A stretch of DNA of 64,000 bases. Origin: Alphaproteobacteria bacterium. GTDB lineage: Bacteria; Pseudomonadota; Alphaproteobacteria; RF32; CAG-239. Of this stretch, positions 20,755-31,528 are shown piece after piece. Where the stretch lies: contig SUUX01000001.1 in assembly GCA_015062305.1 (NCBI GenBank), positions 485 through 64,484 on the forward strand. The letters are read 5' to 3'. A program made the translations under genes and the position numbers. The notes beneath the pieces are model-generated. The model saw only the letters and a program-made list of their open reading frames with translations, was not told the DNA's origin and did no database searches. Each line of letters starts with the position of its first letter. The first letter of the stretch is position 1.

Positions 20755-22182
20755 ATGGGCAAGCGTTTTAAAAGCGATATTCTCCCTAAATCGAAACTCC
20801 TGAAAAAAAGAAAAAAATCTGAGGCAAGAAAAAGACAAATGTTAGGCTTGGGGCCGAAGTTTATCGAATCGGTAAGCTGTGCTTTGTGTGAAAATGATGT
20901 TATTCATGTTCGCAAGATGGTTGAAGGCTTGTCTGAATATGGCTTGGCCAATTTGATTGAGGCTTTGAGCCATAATGAGCGAACAAAGCTTGTGCAGATT
21001 TTGGGTGATAAAATTAATCCAGATGTGTTTCCTGAACTCAATGATGTGGTACAAGAGCAAGTTATTGACAGTTTGCAAGAAAAACAAATTGTTAAAATTG
21101 CTAATGAGCTTGATTCTGATGAAGTGGTTGAGATTTTGGAACATTTGGATGAGGAAGAGCAAGAAAGTATTATCCAAAAACTTGATCCGGAGTTGCAATA
21201 TCAGGTGCAATCGTCTTTGGCTTATCCGGAAGACTCTGCCGGGCGTATTATGTCTAGAGAGTTTGTGAGTATGCCTGATTGGTGGACAGTCAAAGAAGCT
21301 AAGGCTTTTTTGCTTAAAAATGAAGAATTACCAGAAGAATTTTATGATATATTTTTGACAGATGAAAAATTTAAGCCAACAGGACAGATATCTTTGGATA
21401 AATTGTTACGAGCAAAACCATCTGAAAGCTTGTTTGATATTATGGATGGAGAAGTAGTGCCAATAGATGTGTTGACCGACCAAGAGGAAGTGGCTCATAT
21501 GTTTAGAGAGTATGGTTGGCATTCTGCTATGGTGGTGGATAACAAAGATCATTTGATAGGTGTTATAACCATTAGTGATGTTGTAGATGTGATTCATGAA
21601 GAAGCTTCTGAAGATATTATGCATCTTTCCGGAGCCGAAGAAGGTGATGTTTATAAATCTGTGTTTTCTATTTTTAAATCTCGAGTTTTGTGGTTGGTGA
21701 CCAATTTAGTGGCTACAATTTTGGCTGCCTCTGTGGTGAAAGGGTTTCAAGATGTAATTGCTCAGATATCTGTTTTAGCAGTGTTGATGCCAATTGTTGC
21801 TTCTATGGGAGGAACAACAGGAAACCAAACATTGGCAGTGGTTGTCAGAGCTTTGGCAACTAGAGAGTTGACGTCTTCGAATACATTGAGAGTTATCGGA
21901 AAAGAATTTTTGGTGGGATTGAGCAATGGTTTGTTGTTTGCCTTGTTAATAGGGGTGATAACTCAGTTGTGGTTTCCTGACTATAAGGTGGTTAGCTTAA
22001 TTATTGCGGTGGCAATGCTGGTGACTCTGTCTATTGCTAGTTTGAGCGGAATTTTGGTGCCTTTAACTTTGAATCGCTTAAAAGTAGATCCGGCAGTATC
22101 TTCGGGGGTGTTTTTGATTGCAATTACTGATTGTGGCGGTTTTTTTGTGTTTTTAGGTCTGGCTAAAATGTTTTTATTGTAG
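20755..22182 (+). CDS. mgtE: magnesium transporter MgtE
   Basis: N-domain, tandem CBS region and C-terminal MgtE TM domain. 475 aa. Confidence 0.9.
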   Translation: MGKRFKSDILPKSKLLKKRKKSEARKRQMLGLGPKFIESVSCALCENDVIHVRKMVEGLSEYGLANLIEALSHNERTKLVQILGDKINPDVFPELNDVVQEQVIDSLQEKQIVKIANELDSDEVVEILEHLDEEEQESIIQKLDPELQYQVQSSLAYPEDSAGRIMSREFVSMPDWWTVKEAKAFLLKNEELPEEFYDIFLTDEKFKPTGQISLDKLLRAKPSESLFDIMDGEVVPIDVLTDQEEVAHMFREYGWHSAMVVDNKDHLIGVITISDVVDVIHEEASEDIMHLSGAEEGDVYKSVFSIFKSRVLWLVTNLVATILAASVVKGFQDVIAQISVLAVLMPIVASMGGTTGNQTLAVVVRALATRELTSSNTLRVIGKEFLVGLSNGLLFALLIGVITQLWFPDYKVVSLIIAVAMLVTLSIASLSGILVPLTLNRLKVDPAVSSGVFLIAITDCGGFFVFLGLAKMFLL

Positions 22183-22269
22183 GATATGTTTATATCTTAC
22201 AGTTATTACTTTAGATTTGCAGAATATTTGCTATATTTTATTTGGTAATTTTAATATTAGAGGTTTGAT

Positions 22270-22743
22270 GTGTTTATAGGTTTAAATGTTGCTCTATTGG
22301 TGGTGTTGCTGGATCAGCTAAGCAAATATTATATATTGCACGAAGTACTTGGTGAAAGAATGGGAATATATGTTGTGTCATTCTTTAATCTGGTGAGAGC
22401 TTGGAATACCGGTGTTAGTTTTTCGATGTTTAATAATTATGGTAATTTTGGTGTTTGGGTGCTTTCCGGTTTGGCTTTGTTTGTGGTTTTGTTTTTGTTG
22501 TGGTGGTTGAAATCTGAACAAACCAAATGGGGTAAAGTTGCTTTGGGTTTTATTATTGGTGGTGCCATCGGTAATGTTATTGACAGAATCAGATTGGGTG
22601 CTGTTTTTGATTTTTTGGACTTTCATATTGGCGATAGTCATTGGCCGGCTTTTAATCTGGCGGATAGTTTTATTTGTGTGGGGGCTGCAATTTTGATTTT
22701 GCAAAGTGTAGGTTCTCATTTTAACAAAAAGAAAGGTGAATAA
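22270..22743 (+). CDS. lspA: lipoprotein signal peptidase II
   Basis: NTGVSFSMF and FNLADSFICVGAAILIL motifs. Confidence 0.85.
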   Translation: MFIGLNVALLVVLLDQLSKYYILHEVLGERMGIYVVSFFNLVRAWNTGVSFSMFNNYGNFGVWVLSGLALFVVLFLLWWLKSEQTKWGKVALGFIIGGAIGNVIDRIRLGAVFDFLDFHIGDSHWPAFNLADSFICVGAAILILQSVGSHFNKKKGE

Positions 22744-22978
22744 AATGAAGAATATTGCTTTGGTTTTGATGATGTTGTTGGTTTTGGGTGCTTGTAGCAA
22801 GCTAAATAGAGATACGTTGGGCATGAATAAAAAAGCACCAAATGAGTTTTTGGTTACAACTCGTCCTCCATTGTCTTTGCCACCTGAATTTGATTTGAAA
22901 CCGGTTAGTGCAAATGTGGTTGAAGATAAGGTTGTTTCGGAAGATGAAGGGTTTTTGGATAAACTGAACGCAGAATAA
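22736..22978 (+). CDS. DUF3035-like small lipoprotein
   Basis: Lipobox LGAC and a PPEFDLKP motif. Sits downstream of lspA, as is common in alphaproteobacteria. Confidence 0.5.
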   Translation: MNKMKNIALVLMMLLVLGACSKLNRDTLGMNKKAPNEFLVTTRPPLSLPPEFDLKPVSANVVEDKVVSEDEGFLDKLNAE

Positions 22979-22981
22979 TAT

Positions 22982-24319
22982 ATGAAATATAGATTTTTGT
23001 ATGTTTTGGCTTTGTGTGTGGTGTTGCTGTCCGGCAATGCCACAGCAGGCTTTTTAAATGCTGAAGAATTTTATTTGAATAATGGAATGCAGGTTATTGT
23101 TGTGCCAAACCATAGAACTCCGATAGTGAAACATATGGTGTGGTACAGAACGGGTGCTGCGGATGAGGTTGCGGGCAAGGGCGGAAGCGCTCATTTGCTA
23201 GAACATTTAATGTTTAGGGGTACTAAAAAAGTGCCTGGTAATGAACTTAATAATCTGTTGGAAGTCAATGGAGCCTCCAGTAATGCATTTACCGGACAAG
23301 ATATGACAACTTATCATCAGTTGTTGGATGTTAGCCGCTTGGAGCTGGCTATGTTTTTGGAAGCTGACCGTATGACTAACCTGCACATTAGTGATGAGGA
23401 TTTTGCGACAGAGCGAGATATTGTGTTTCAGGAAAGAAAAGAAAGAATTGACAATGATCCGATGGGATATTTTAGAGAAGCTGTAAATAGAGCTTTGTGG
23501 CAAACACATCCTTATGCAAAACCAGTAATAGGTATTGATGAAGAAATAAAGTTATTAGAAAAAGATGATGTTTGGGAGTATTATAAGGCTAAATATAATC
23601 CCAGCAATGCAATTTTGGTTATGTCGGGTGATATAGATGTAGATACTGCAAAGAAGTTGGCTCAGAAATATTATGGTAATATTGAAGTTAATGGTATTAA
23701 AAATGAAAAAAAATTTGCAGATTTATCTGAGGGAAGCAAAGTTGTTGTGGATATGAAAAGCTCTCATATCAAAGGCTTTAGAGTATTAAAAAATTGGGCG
23801 GCTCCATCTTTTGCAACAAATAAAGAAGATGTGTATAATTTGTATGTGTTGGCCGAATATATGGGGGGCGGCAAAACAGCAAAATTGTATAAAAAATTAG
23901 TTGAAGAAAAGAAAAAAGCATTGGATGTTGCTGTTAAATATAATCCGATAGCTCGTAGTTATGGCGTTTTTGCCATTTCTGTGGTGCCGGCGGATGATGT
24001 GAGACCGGAGGAAATTTTGCAAGAGTTGGAAAAATCTTGGACGGAGGCCTTGGAAGAACTAAGTATAGATGAATTGGAAAAAACTAAGCAAAAAATGTTA
24101 GCCGGATTGATTTATTGGAGAGATAACCCTGAAGATGCCGCTTATATGGTTGGGGCTATGGCAGTGGCAGGTGTGTCATTGCAAGAGATTGAACAGCAAG
24201 ATGCTAAAATTAAGGCTGTTCGATATAAAGAAGTTAAAAAAGCAGCAGAAAAATTGTGGAATGATGCTCCTCAGGTGATTGGAATTTTGCGTCCTAAAGG
24301 AGATGATGATAATGCGTAG
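22982..24319 (+). CDS. M16 family zinc peptidase (active subunit)
   Basis: Inverted zincin motif HLLEHLMFRG plus signal peptide. Confidence 0.85.
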   Translation: MKYRFLYVLALCVVLLSGNATAGFLNAEEFYLNNGMQVIVVPNHRTPIVKHMVWYRTGAADEVAGKGGSAHLLEHLMFRGTKKVPGNELNNLLEVNGASSNAFTGQDMTTYHQLLDVSRLELAMFLEADRMTNLHISDEDFATERDIVFQERKERIDNDPMGYFREAVNRALWQTHPYAKPVIGIDEEIKLLEKDDVWEYYKAKYNPSNAILVMSGDIDVDTAKKLAQKYYGNIEVNGIKNEKKFADLSEGSKVVVDMKSSHIKGFRVLKNWAAPSFATNKEDVYNLYVLAEYMGGGKTAKLYKKLVEEKKKALDVAVKYNPIARSYGVFAISVVPADDVRPEEILQELEKSWTEALEELSIDELEKTKQKMLAGLIYWRDNPEDAAYMVGAMAVAGVSLQEIEQQDAKIKAVRYKEVKKAAEKLWNDAPQVIGILRPKGDDDNA

Positions 24320-25715
24320 GGGGTCTAAATTTAGGCGTAAAAGCTCAAATATATGGGTATATTTTGTATTGTTGATGATTTTGGGTGTTTGTTTGTGGTG
24401 GAAATGGCCATTGTGGAGGCCGTTTAATCCGCAAGATTTGGTTGAACAGTCTGAGCTAAAATACAAAAAATTTGAAACCGATATAAAAATTGTAAAATCG
24501 CCGTTATATGGTGTGTCTGCATATTGGATGGAAGATAAGACAAATCCTATTGTGGCTATTAATCTGAAATTTAAGAATTCTGGTTATGCATATGATGATG
24601 AAAAGGCTTTAGGTGAGGCGGTTTTGGTTGCGGCTTTGATGACAGAAGGTGCTGGAGAGTTGACTGCTCAGCAATTTAAGGAAGAACTTGAACTTAGAGC
24701 AATAACTATTAGATTTGACGCTGAAAAAGATGATTTTAGTGTATCTGTCTTAACTACTAAAAAAAATCTGCAAAAAGCAAAAGAATTGCTTTCTTTGGCG
24801 CTGAAAAGACCTCGTTTTGATGAAGCTGATATATCTCGTGTCAAAGCGCAGATATTGGAAAGTTTGAAAAGGCAAGATGAGTATCCGGATAGCGTGTTGG
24901 ATAGAGAAATGCAAAAAGAGTTATATGGTTCTCATCCATATGCCAGAAATCCGCTTGGAGAAGCTCAATTTTTGAAAAATTTAACAAAGGATAATTTGAT
25001 GTCTTTTGTTAAGGATAGGTTTACTCGTACAAACTTGTTGGTTAGCGTGGTTGGTGATTTGAGTGAAGCCGAAACCAAAACATTGCTAGATGATGTGTTT
25101 GGTGATTTGCCGACTAACGGAAAAAATAATTTTGTAAGAAATGCGGAAGTTGTTTTTGATGGCAGAGAAAAGAAGATACTGCGTGGCGGTGGGCAAAATT
25201 TGGTATTGAAGGCCTTGCCCTCTGTACAACGTACAGATGAAGATTTTTATCCGTTGTTTGTGGCAAATCATATTTGGGGAGGAGCCGGCCTAACCTCTAA
25301 AATTTCTCAGAAAATCAGGGAACAAGAGGGGTTGACATATGGAGTATATTCTTATTTGACAATAGACGATAAGTTTCAGTTATTGATGGTGGGCTTTGCT
25401 TCTACTCCGGACAAGTTTGAACAAGCAGAAAATTTGCTTATGGAAGAAGTGGCTTCATTTGCAAATAAGGGAATTAGCAAGAAAGAGCTTGATAAGGCTA
25501 AAGATTATTTGTTGGCTTCTTATAATTTGCGTTTTGCATCAATTACCAATATCGCTGAGATATTGACAGCAATGCAAAAATACAATTTAGGGCTGGATTT
25601 TTTGCAAAAAAGAAACGAATATATTGATAAGGTGTCATTAAAGCAGGTTAATGCTGCTGTAAAGAAATATTTTGTTAAAGATAAAATGATAAGTGTTAAG
25701 ATAGGTGAGTTTTAA
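24312..25715 (+). CDS. M16 family peptidase (second, non-HxxEH subunit)
   Basis: M16 fold without the HxxEH motif. ATG 24312 has an AAAGGAG RBS 9 nt upstream and an 8-nt overlap with the upstream gene. Confidence 0.75.
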   Translation: MRRGSKFRRKSSNIWVYFVLLMILGVCLWWKWPLWRPFNPQDLVEQSELKYKKFETDIKIVKSPLYGVSAYWMEDKTNPIVAINLKFKNSGYAYDDEKALGEAVLVAALMTEGAGELTAQQFKEELELRAITIRFDAEKDDFSVSVLTTKKNLQKAKELLSLALKRPRFDEADISRVKAQILESLKRQDEYPDSVLDREMQKELYGSHPYARNPLGEAQFLKNLTKDNLMSFVKDRFTRTNLLVSVVGDLSEAETKTLLDDVFGDLPTNGKNNFVRNAEVVFDGREKKILRGGGQNLVLKALPSVQRTDEDFYPLFVANHIWGGAGLTSKISQKIREQEGLTYGVYSYLTIDDKFQLLMVGFASTPDKFEQAENLLMEEVASFANKGISKKELDKAKDYLLASYNLRFASITNIAEILTAMQKYNLGLDFLQKRNEYIDKVSLKQVNAAVKKYFVKDKMISVKIGEF

Positions 25716-25737
25716 TGTGCTTTGAAGGAGTAATGTT

Positions 25738-27390
25738 ATGTTTGGACTGAAATCTGATTTGAGTAAAAATAAAGCGTGGAAAAAGCTGGCAAAGCATTAT
25801 AAAGATATGCGAGATGTTGAAATGAGAGGACTTTTTAGAAAAGATCCACAGAGAGCAGAGCGTTATTGCATTACTCTAGATTCTATTATGGTGGATTATT
25901 CTAAAAACAGAATAACCAATAAAACAATGGATTATTTATTTGAATTGGCTCAAGAAAAGAAGGTTCCTGAGAAAATTGAACAAATGTTTCGTGGAGATAA
26001 GATTAATCAGACAGAGAATAGAGCTGTTTTGCATGTGGCTTTGCGTAATAGAGAGAATTCTCCGATATATGTTGATGGCAAGAATATTATGGCAGATGTT
26101 AATGCTGTATTGGCAAAAATGCGCAAGTTTTCAGATGATGTTAGATTGGGTAAGTTTGTGGGTTATACCGGTAAAAAACTGGTGAATATTGTTAATATTG
26201 GAATAGGTGGATCTGATTTGGGGCCAAAAATGGCAACAGAGGCTTTGAGAAAATATTGGGCCAAGGATATTAATTGCTATTTTATATCTAATATTGACGG
26301 GACAGCTTGCAATGAAGTGTTGAATAAGATTAATCCAGAAGAGACATTGTTTATTGTATGTTCAAAAACTTTTACCACTATTGAGACTTTGACCAATGCG
26401 CATACATGCAGAAAATGGTTGATTGATGCATTGGGAGAACACGCTGTATCTAAACATTTTGTGGCAGTTTCTACTAATGCTAAAGAGGTGGCTAAGTTTG
26501 GTATTGATACCGAAAATATGTTTGAATTTTGGGATTTTGTCGGTGGTCGTTATTCTATGTGGTCGGCAATCGGGTTATCAATTGCTATAGCTGTCGGTAT
26601 GGATAATTTTGAAAAAATGCTTGATGGTGCACATGAGATGGATATGCATTTTAAGTATACTGAAATGTCAAAAAATATTCCGGTGATATTGGCTTTGTTG
26701 GGCGTTTGGTATAGTGACTTTTTTAATTTTAGAAGTACGGCAGTTGTACCTTATGACCAATATTTGCAATATGTGCCGGCTTATTTGCAGCAATTGGTAA
26801 TGGAAAGCAATGGAAAATTTGTGTCAAACGATGGAGAATATGTGAAATATATGACTTCTCCTGTTGTGTTTGGTGGGGCAGGTACAGATGTTCAGCATTC
26901 GTTTTTTCAGATGATGCATCAAGGTACATCAGTTATTCCGTGTGATATTATCGTGCCGGCTATTTCTCATAATGAAATTGGGGAACATCATGAAATTTTG
27001 GTAGCTAATGCATTGGCTCAGGGGGAGGCCTTGATGAAAGGTAAGACCGTTAAAGAAGCATATGATGAAATGCGACGTGCCGGAAAACCAAAAGAAGAAG
27101 CAAAACGGTTGAAGAAATATAAGAGTTTTGAAGGAAACAGACCTAGCAATACGATTTTGTTTAAGAAAATAGATGCTCATGCCTTGGGAATGTTGATTGC
27201 AATGTATGAGCATAAGACATTTGTAGAAGGAATTATTTGGAATATTGATTCTTTTGATCAGATGGGTGTGGAGCTGGGTAAACAGATGGCATTGAGCATA
27301 TTGCCAGAATTGCAAAGCAACGCTTCTGGAATTAGTCATGACAGCTCTACTAAAAATTTGATAACAATGGTTAAGCGGATGCGAAAATAG
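25738..27390 (+). CDS. pgi: glucose-6-phosphate isomerase
   Basis: PGI signatures (DFVGGRYSMWSAIG, GGAGTDVQHSFFQ). Confidence 0.9.
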   Translation: MFGLKSDLSKNKAWKKLAKHYKDMRDVEMRGLFRKDPQRAERYCITLDSIMVDYSKNRITNKTMDYLFELAQEKKVPEKIEQMFRGDKINQTENRAVLHVALRNRENSPIYVDGKNIMADVNAVLAKMRKFSDDVRLGKFVGYTGKKLVNIVNIGIGGSDLGPKMATEALRKYWAKDINCYFISNIDGTACNEVLNKINPEETLFIVCSKTFTTIETLTNAHTCRKWLIDALGEHAVSKHFVAVSTNAKEVAKFGIDTENMFEFWDFVGGRYSMWSAIGLSIAIAVGMDNFEKMLDGAHEMDMHFKYTEMSKNIPVILALLGVWYSDFFNFRSTAVVPYDQYLQYVPAYLQQLVMESNGKFVSNDGEYVKYMTSPVVFGGAGTDVQHSFFQMMHQGTSVIPCDIIVPAISHNEIGEHHEILVANALAQGEALMKGKTVKEAYDEMRRAGKPKEEAKRLKKYKSFEGNRPSNTILFKKIDAHALGMLIAMYEHKTFVEGIIWNIDSFDQMGVELGKQMALSILPELQSNASGISHDSSTKNLITMVKRMRK

Positions 27391-27400
27391 GAGTTTTTAA

Positions 27401-29224
27401 ATGTCTATCAGAGTGTTGCCATCTAATTTGGTAAACCAGATTGCAGCGGGAGAAGTTGTGGAGCGTCCGGCCTCTGTTGTTAAGGAGTTGGTAGAAAATG
27501 CTATTGATGCCGGGGCAACAAATGTGGAAGTGCGTTTGGTTGATGGTGGTAAAACGCTGATTGCGATATCTGACAATGGAAAGGGAATGTCTGCTTCTGA
27601 TTTGGAGATGGCTGTGGAACGCCATGCAACATCTAAATTGCCAGATGATAATTTGTTTAATATAAATTTTTTGGGGTTTAGAGGTGAGGCTCTTCCATCT
27701 ATTGCTTCTGTGGCTAGACTTTCTATTGTGAGCAGAAGTAAAAATGCTGATGATGCGTGGAAAATAGAGGTTAATGGAGGAGACAAATCGGCAGTTGTAC
27801 CGGCAGCACATGGGGTAGGAACAAGAATAGAAGTACGTGATTTGTTTTATGCAACTCCGGCAAGATTAAAGTTTTTGAAGACAGCTGCCACGGAAACGTC
27901 ACAATGTGTTGAGATATTGCAGAGAATTGCTTTGGCTAACCCTCAGATAGGCTTTTATTTATATGATGGAGATAAAAAGAAGATAGCTTTGCCTCCATGT
28001 AACGGAGATTTGTTTGAGGCAAGGTTAGAGAGAGTGGCTGCAGTGTTGGGACGAGAATTTTCGGAGAATTCGTTTAGGGTAAGCGCAGAACGTGAAGATG
28101 TTCAGATTAGTGGTTATGTATCTTTGCCTACACTCAATAAGGCTAACTCATTGTCTCAGTTTTTGTTTGTAAATAATCGTCCGGTGAGAGATAAGTTGTT
28201 GCTGGGAGCTCTTAGAGGAGCTTATCAAGATGTGTTAGCTTCAGGAAGGTATCCGTTGTGTGCGTTGTTTATTGATGTTGCTCCTAAATATGTAGATGTA
28301 AACGTGCATCCGGCCAAGGCTGAGGTGCGTTTTTTTGACGGGGCTTTGGTTAGAGGGTTGTTGGTAGGTGCGATTAGAAATGGACTTAATTTGCACGCAA
28401 ATAAAACGTCTAATGTTTTGAGCTTGGAGGAGTTAGTCGGCGACAAAATTCCAGATTTTGCTGAGCCTATTGCTGAAAATATGAGTTTGCAAGAAGGTGT
28501 TGTCCCTAATAGAATATATAACCCTCAATCTTTTGCTTATGGAAGTGCCAGAACGTATAAACAAAGTGCGTTGCCGGATTTGGAACGAAAGTTTTCGGTT
28601 AGAGTGGAAAATGTTGAAGATGTTGTTGAACGCTCTGATGTTGGTCCTCTTGGGTTGGCGAAAGCTCAGTTTCATGACACATATATAATATCACAAAATG
28701 AGGATAGCATAATTATAACAGATCAGCATGCCGCTCATGAAAGAATTGTAATGGAGAAATTAAAGGCCGGGTTAAGTGAGGGTCGTGTTGCTTCTCAGAT
28801 TTTATTGATTCCGGAGATTGTTGATTTACCAGATGCGGAAAAAAACAGAATTTTGGCGGCGGCAGTTGAATTGGAAAAGTTGGGTTTGGTATTGGAAGAG
28901 TTTGGAACAACGGCTGTTATTGTGAGAGAAACACCAGCTTTGTTAGGAGAGGTTGATGTTAAAAAGTTGGTTAAAGATGTGGCTGAGCAGATGGCTGAGT
29001 GGGGACGGGGTTTTGAGCTGACAGAAAAATTGCATTTAGTGTGTGCAACAATAGCTTGTCATGGTTCGGTTAGAGCCGGTAGACGTTTGAATATTGAAGA
29101 AATGAATAGGTTGTTGCGAGATATGGAAAAAACGCCTTATTCTGGTCAGTGTAATCATGGTCGTCCAACTTATGTTGAGTTGAAAATAAAAGATATTGCA
29201 AAATTATTTGACAGGAATCAATAG
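27401..29224 (+). CDS. mutL: DNA mismatch repair protein MutL
   Basis: GHKL ATPase N-terminus (IAAGEVVERPASVVKELVENAIDAGAT) and a C-terminal dimerisation domain. Confidence 0.9.
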   Translation: MSIRVLPSNLVNQIAAGEVVERPASVVKELVENAIDAGATNVEVRLVDGGKTLIAISDNGKGMSASDLEMAVERHATSKLPDDNLFNINFLGFRGEALPSIASVARLSIVSRSKNADDAWKIEVNGGDKSAVVPAAHGVGTRIEVRDLFYATPARLKFLKTAATETSQCVEILQRIALANPQIGFYLYDGDKKKIALPPCNGDLFEARLERVAAVLGREFSENSFRVSAEREDVQISGYVSLPTLNKANSLSQFLFVNNRPVRDKLLLGALRGAYQDVLASGRYPLCALFIDVAPKYVDVNVHPAKAEVRFFDGALVRGLLVGAIRNGLNLHANKTSNVLSLEELVGDKIPDFAEPIAENMSLQEGVVPNRIYNPQSFAYGSARTYKQSALPDLERKFSVRVENVEDVVERSDVGPLGLAKAQFHDTYIISQNEDSIIITDQHAAHERIVMEKLKAGLSEGRVASQILLIPEIVDLPDAEKNRILAAAVELEKLGLVLEEFGTTAVIVRETPALLGEVDVKKLVKDVAEQMAEWGRGFELTEKLHLVCATIACHGSVRAGRRLNIEEMNRLLRDMEKTPYSGQCNHGRPTYVELKIKDIAKLFDRNQ

Positions 29225-30001
29225 ATGATGGTTAATCAGGTGTTTTTACATGGATTTTTGGTCGCTCTTGGAGCAGGTTTGGTGACCGGCATAGGTGGTT
29301 TGTGCATATTTTTAAAAAAGCGTTATTTGAAAGCGGAGATTAATATGCTTTTGAATGTGGCTGCCGGTGTAATGTTGGCGGCATCGTTTTTCTCTCTGTT
29401 GGTGCCATCAATGCAAGAAATTGTTGTTAATGCTGATTTAGCACGAACTTCTTTGAACTATGTTTTGTCGGTGTTTGGAGGGGTTTTGTTGGTGTGGATA
29501 TTGAATTTGTTGATTCCACATGAGCATAATGCTATAGGACGTCATGGACCACATTTTGATCTGAAAAAAGCATGGTTGTTTATAATTGCAATTACTTTGC
29601 ACAAATTACCAGAGGGCTTGGCTGTCGGGGTTGCGTATGGTGCGGAGAGCATTGTTAATCCGACTTCTTTAGTTATAGGAATTGCAGTGCATAATATTCC
29701 GGAAGGATTAACAATAGCGATATCTTTAGTGGCAGCTGGAAATTCCAGATTAAAAGCGGCAATGACTGCTTTGGCAATAGGTTTGGTGCAACCTTTGGGA
29801 GCTATTGTGGGGTTGTTTTTGATGGGGCTGAGTTTTAATGTGGTGCCTTATGGTATGGCTTTTGCCGGAGGAACATTGCTGTTTGTTGTGATAAATGAGA
29901 TTTTACCAGAGACATATGGAAATCAGTCCACCAATAAATCTGCAGCGGCAGTATTTGTTGGTTTTATTGTTATGACGTATTTATCAATAATTTTTCATTA
30001 A
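29225..30001 (+). CDS. ZIP family metal transporter (ZupT-like)
   Basis: HNIPEGLAI/HKLPEGLAV motifs. Starts immediately after the mutL stop. Confidence 0.8.
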   Translation: MMVNQVFLHGFLVALGAGLVTGIGGLCIFLKKRYLKAEINMLLNVAAGVMLAASFFSLLVPSMQEIVVNADLARTSLNYVLSVFGGVLLVWILNLLIPHEHNAIGRHGPHFDLKKAWLFIIAITLHKLPEGLAVGVAYGAESIVNPTSLVIGIAVHNIPEGLTIAISLVAAGNSRLKAAMTALAIGLVQPLGAIVGLFLMGLSFNVVPYGMAFAGGTLLFVVINEILPETYGNQSTNKSAAAVFVGFIVMTYLSIIFH

Positions 30002-30015
30002 AATGAAAAAAAACG

Positions 30016-30044
30016 TTGACGATATGATAAACATGGTCTAAATA
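30016..30044 (+). promoter_or_regulatory. sigma70-like promoter for tRNA-Ser
   Basis: TTGACG, 17 bp spacer, TAAATA, about 20 bp upstream of the tRNA 5' end. Confidence 0.45.
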
Positions 30045-30064
30045 TAGACTTCGTTATCGCTTGT

Positions 30065-30151
30065 GGAGAGTTGGCAGAGTGGTAATGCAGCGGATTGCTA
30101 ATCCGTCATCGGGATACCGATGCACAGGTTCGAGTCCTGTACTCTCCGCCA
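30065..30151 (+). tRNA. tRNA-Ser (anticodon GCU)
   Basis: GGAGAGT...ACTCTCCGCCA acceptor, long variable arm, anticodon loop TTGCTAA, T-loop GGTTCGAGTCC. Confidence 0.9.
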
Positions 30152-30154
30152 CTT

Positions 30155-30183
30155 AAACCCTAGAGAAATCTAGGGTTTTGTTG
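30155..30183 (+). terminator. rho-independent terminator after tRNA-Ser
   Basis: aaaccctaga gaaa tctagggttt stem followed by tgttg. Confidence 0.65.
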
Positions 30184-30233
30184 TATCTGAAATCAGGTTA
30201 ACTGTTGGCTTTTTTGATAAATAGGGCTTTAAG

Positions 30234-30263
30234 TTGCACAATGTTACTCAAATTTTGCACAAT
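30234..30263 (+). promoter_or_regulatory. direct repeat TTGCACAAT x2 (operator-like) upstream of the SNF2-like gene
   Basis: Two exact 9-mers 21 bp apart, just upstream of the GAGGAG RBS at 30273. Confidence 0.3.
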
Positions 30264-30286
30264 TTTTGTTGTGAGGAGATAGTGTT

Positions 30287-31528
30287 GTGGTAAACAAAAT
30301 TAAATATCAGATAATAAAAAATAAAAAAGGTGGTATTGTATTGGCAATGCAACACGAAAAGAGAATTGCCGTTGCATCTAAAATAATTATTAAATTTGCG
30401 GAAGCTTGGGATAGAGTTGTGTGGATTGCTCCAAGCGGCTATTTGGATACGGATGAATATGAATTATTAATAAGAAAATATCTCAAGGGTTATTTTAATA
30501 AAGTAGGTCTATATTCTTATGATGATTTATCTCAAAGAAGTGATATATATTTAGAATTGTTAAATGCCGCAAAAACTCAAAGAGTGTTTGGTGTGGTTGA
30601 CGAGAATTTGTTTGTGAAGAATACATATTCTTGGCGAACAAAAAGAGTTAGTTTTTTGAGAGATTTTTTTACATTTAGGTTATTGTTGGCCAGAAACCTT
30701 ACTTCCAGAGGGTTGAGAGATATATATGCTCAGTTGAATTTTGTGTCGCCGGCAATATTGAAGATGACAGAAACACAATTTGTGCATCAATTTATGCCTT
30801 ATTATGAAGATGAATTTCAGATATCGAAAAGGTGGTCTAATCGTTTTTTTGATAGAAAAGTTTTGAATTTGATAAGACCTTTTTTGGTTTTTTGTTCTGC
30901 TTGGGATTTGAGTAATTTTGATTATCGAGAAATATGGTTTGAGCTAACTCCGCAGGAAAAAGAAGCCTATCGAAATGATAAAGAAATGTTTTTGCGTAAA
31001 AAAGATAGAGTTTGTTATTTGCAAGTGGTTCAACAATTTCAGTATTGTTATACAATATGTGTGAAAAAAGTTGATTACTTGCGTTTTTTGTTACAGCAGA
31101 TTAGAGATAAGAATGAGAAAGTTATTTTGTATACAAAATATTTGGGAGAAGTGAAATTTTTGAAAGAATCTGGTGTGTTGAAAGGTTCTAAATATGTAGT
31201 GATGTGTGGAACAACAGATAAGCAAAGAGCTATTGGACTATTTGCAACAGAATGTAATGTTATGATTTGCACATATAAGGTTGATATTCCAAGATTGGTG
31301 TTGAAAAACTGTCAGAACTTGATATACTTCTCTCAAACTTTTGATTACAAGGACAAGCTCTTTGCTATGTATAGGCTGTGCGGAAATCGTAAACATAAGG
31401 TTCGGATTTTTGATTTTTGGGTTAATACAAAGTTGGAGCTGATGATTAAGGATAATTTGCTACGCAAGCGTAAATTATTGCAAGAATTTAGTCAAATTAT
31501 CTCTGAAAATGGAGAATGTTGTTTATGA
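30287..31528 (+). CDS. SNF2-family helicase-like protein with degenerate catalytic motifs (predicted inactive)
   Basis: SNF2 motif order is recognisable. Motif I is GGIVLAMQHEKRI instead of ILADEMGLGKT. Motif Ia is VVWIAPSGYL. Motif II is VVDENLFVKN instead of DEAHrlKN. Motif III is RLLLARNLTSRGLRDIYAQLNFVSP instead of LLLTGTPlqN..ELwsLlnFL.P. The C-lobe has KVILYTKY..MCGTTDKQR..LFA..MICTY and AMYRLCGNRKHKVRIFDFWV instead of RahRiGQ. Confidence 0.5.
   Translation: MVNKIKYQIIKNKKGGIVLAMQHEKRIAVASKIIIKFAEAWDRVVWIAPSGYLDTDEYELLIRKYLKGYFNKVGLYSYDDLSQRSDIYLELLNAAKTQRVFGVVDENLFVKNTYSWRTKRVSFLRDFFTFRLLLARNLTSRGLRDIYAQLNFVSPAILKMTETQFVHQFMPYYEDEFQISKRWSNRFFDRKVLNLIRPFLVFCSAWDLSNFDYREIWFELTPQEKEAYRNDKEMFLRKKDRVCYLQVVQQFQYCYTICVKKVDYLRFLLQQIRDKNEKVILYTKYLGEVKFLKESGVLKGSKYVVMCGTTDKQRAIGLFATECNVMICTYKVDIPRLVLKNCQNLIYFSQTFDYKDKLFAMYRLCGNRKHKVRIFDFWVNTKLELMIKDNLLRKRKLLQEFSQIISENGECCL

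Noticed and set aside
22378-23043. 221-aa minus-strand ORF spanning lspA/DUF3035/M16 start
   Set aside because: It is antisense to three well-supported co-directional genes.
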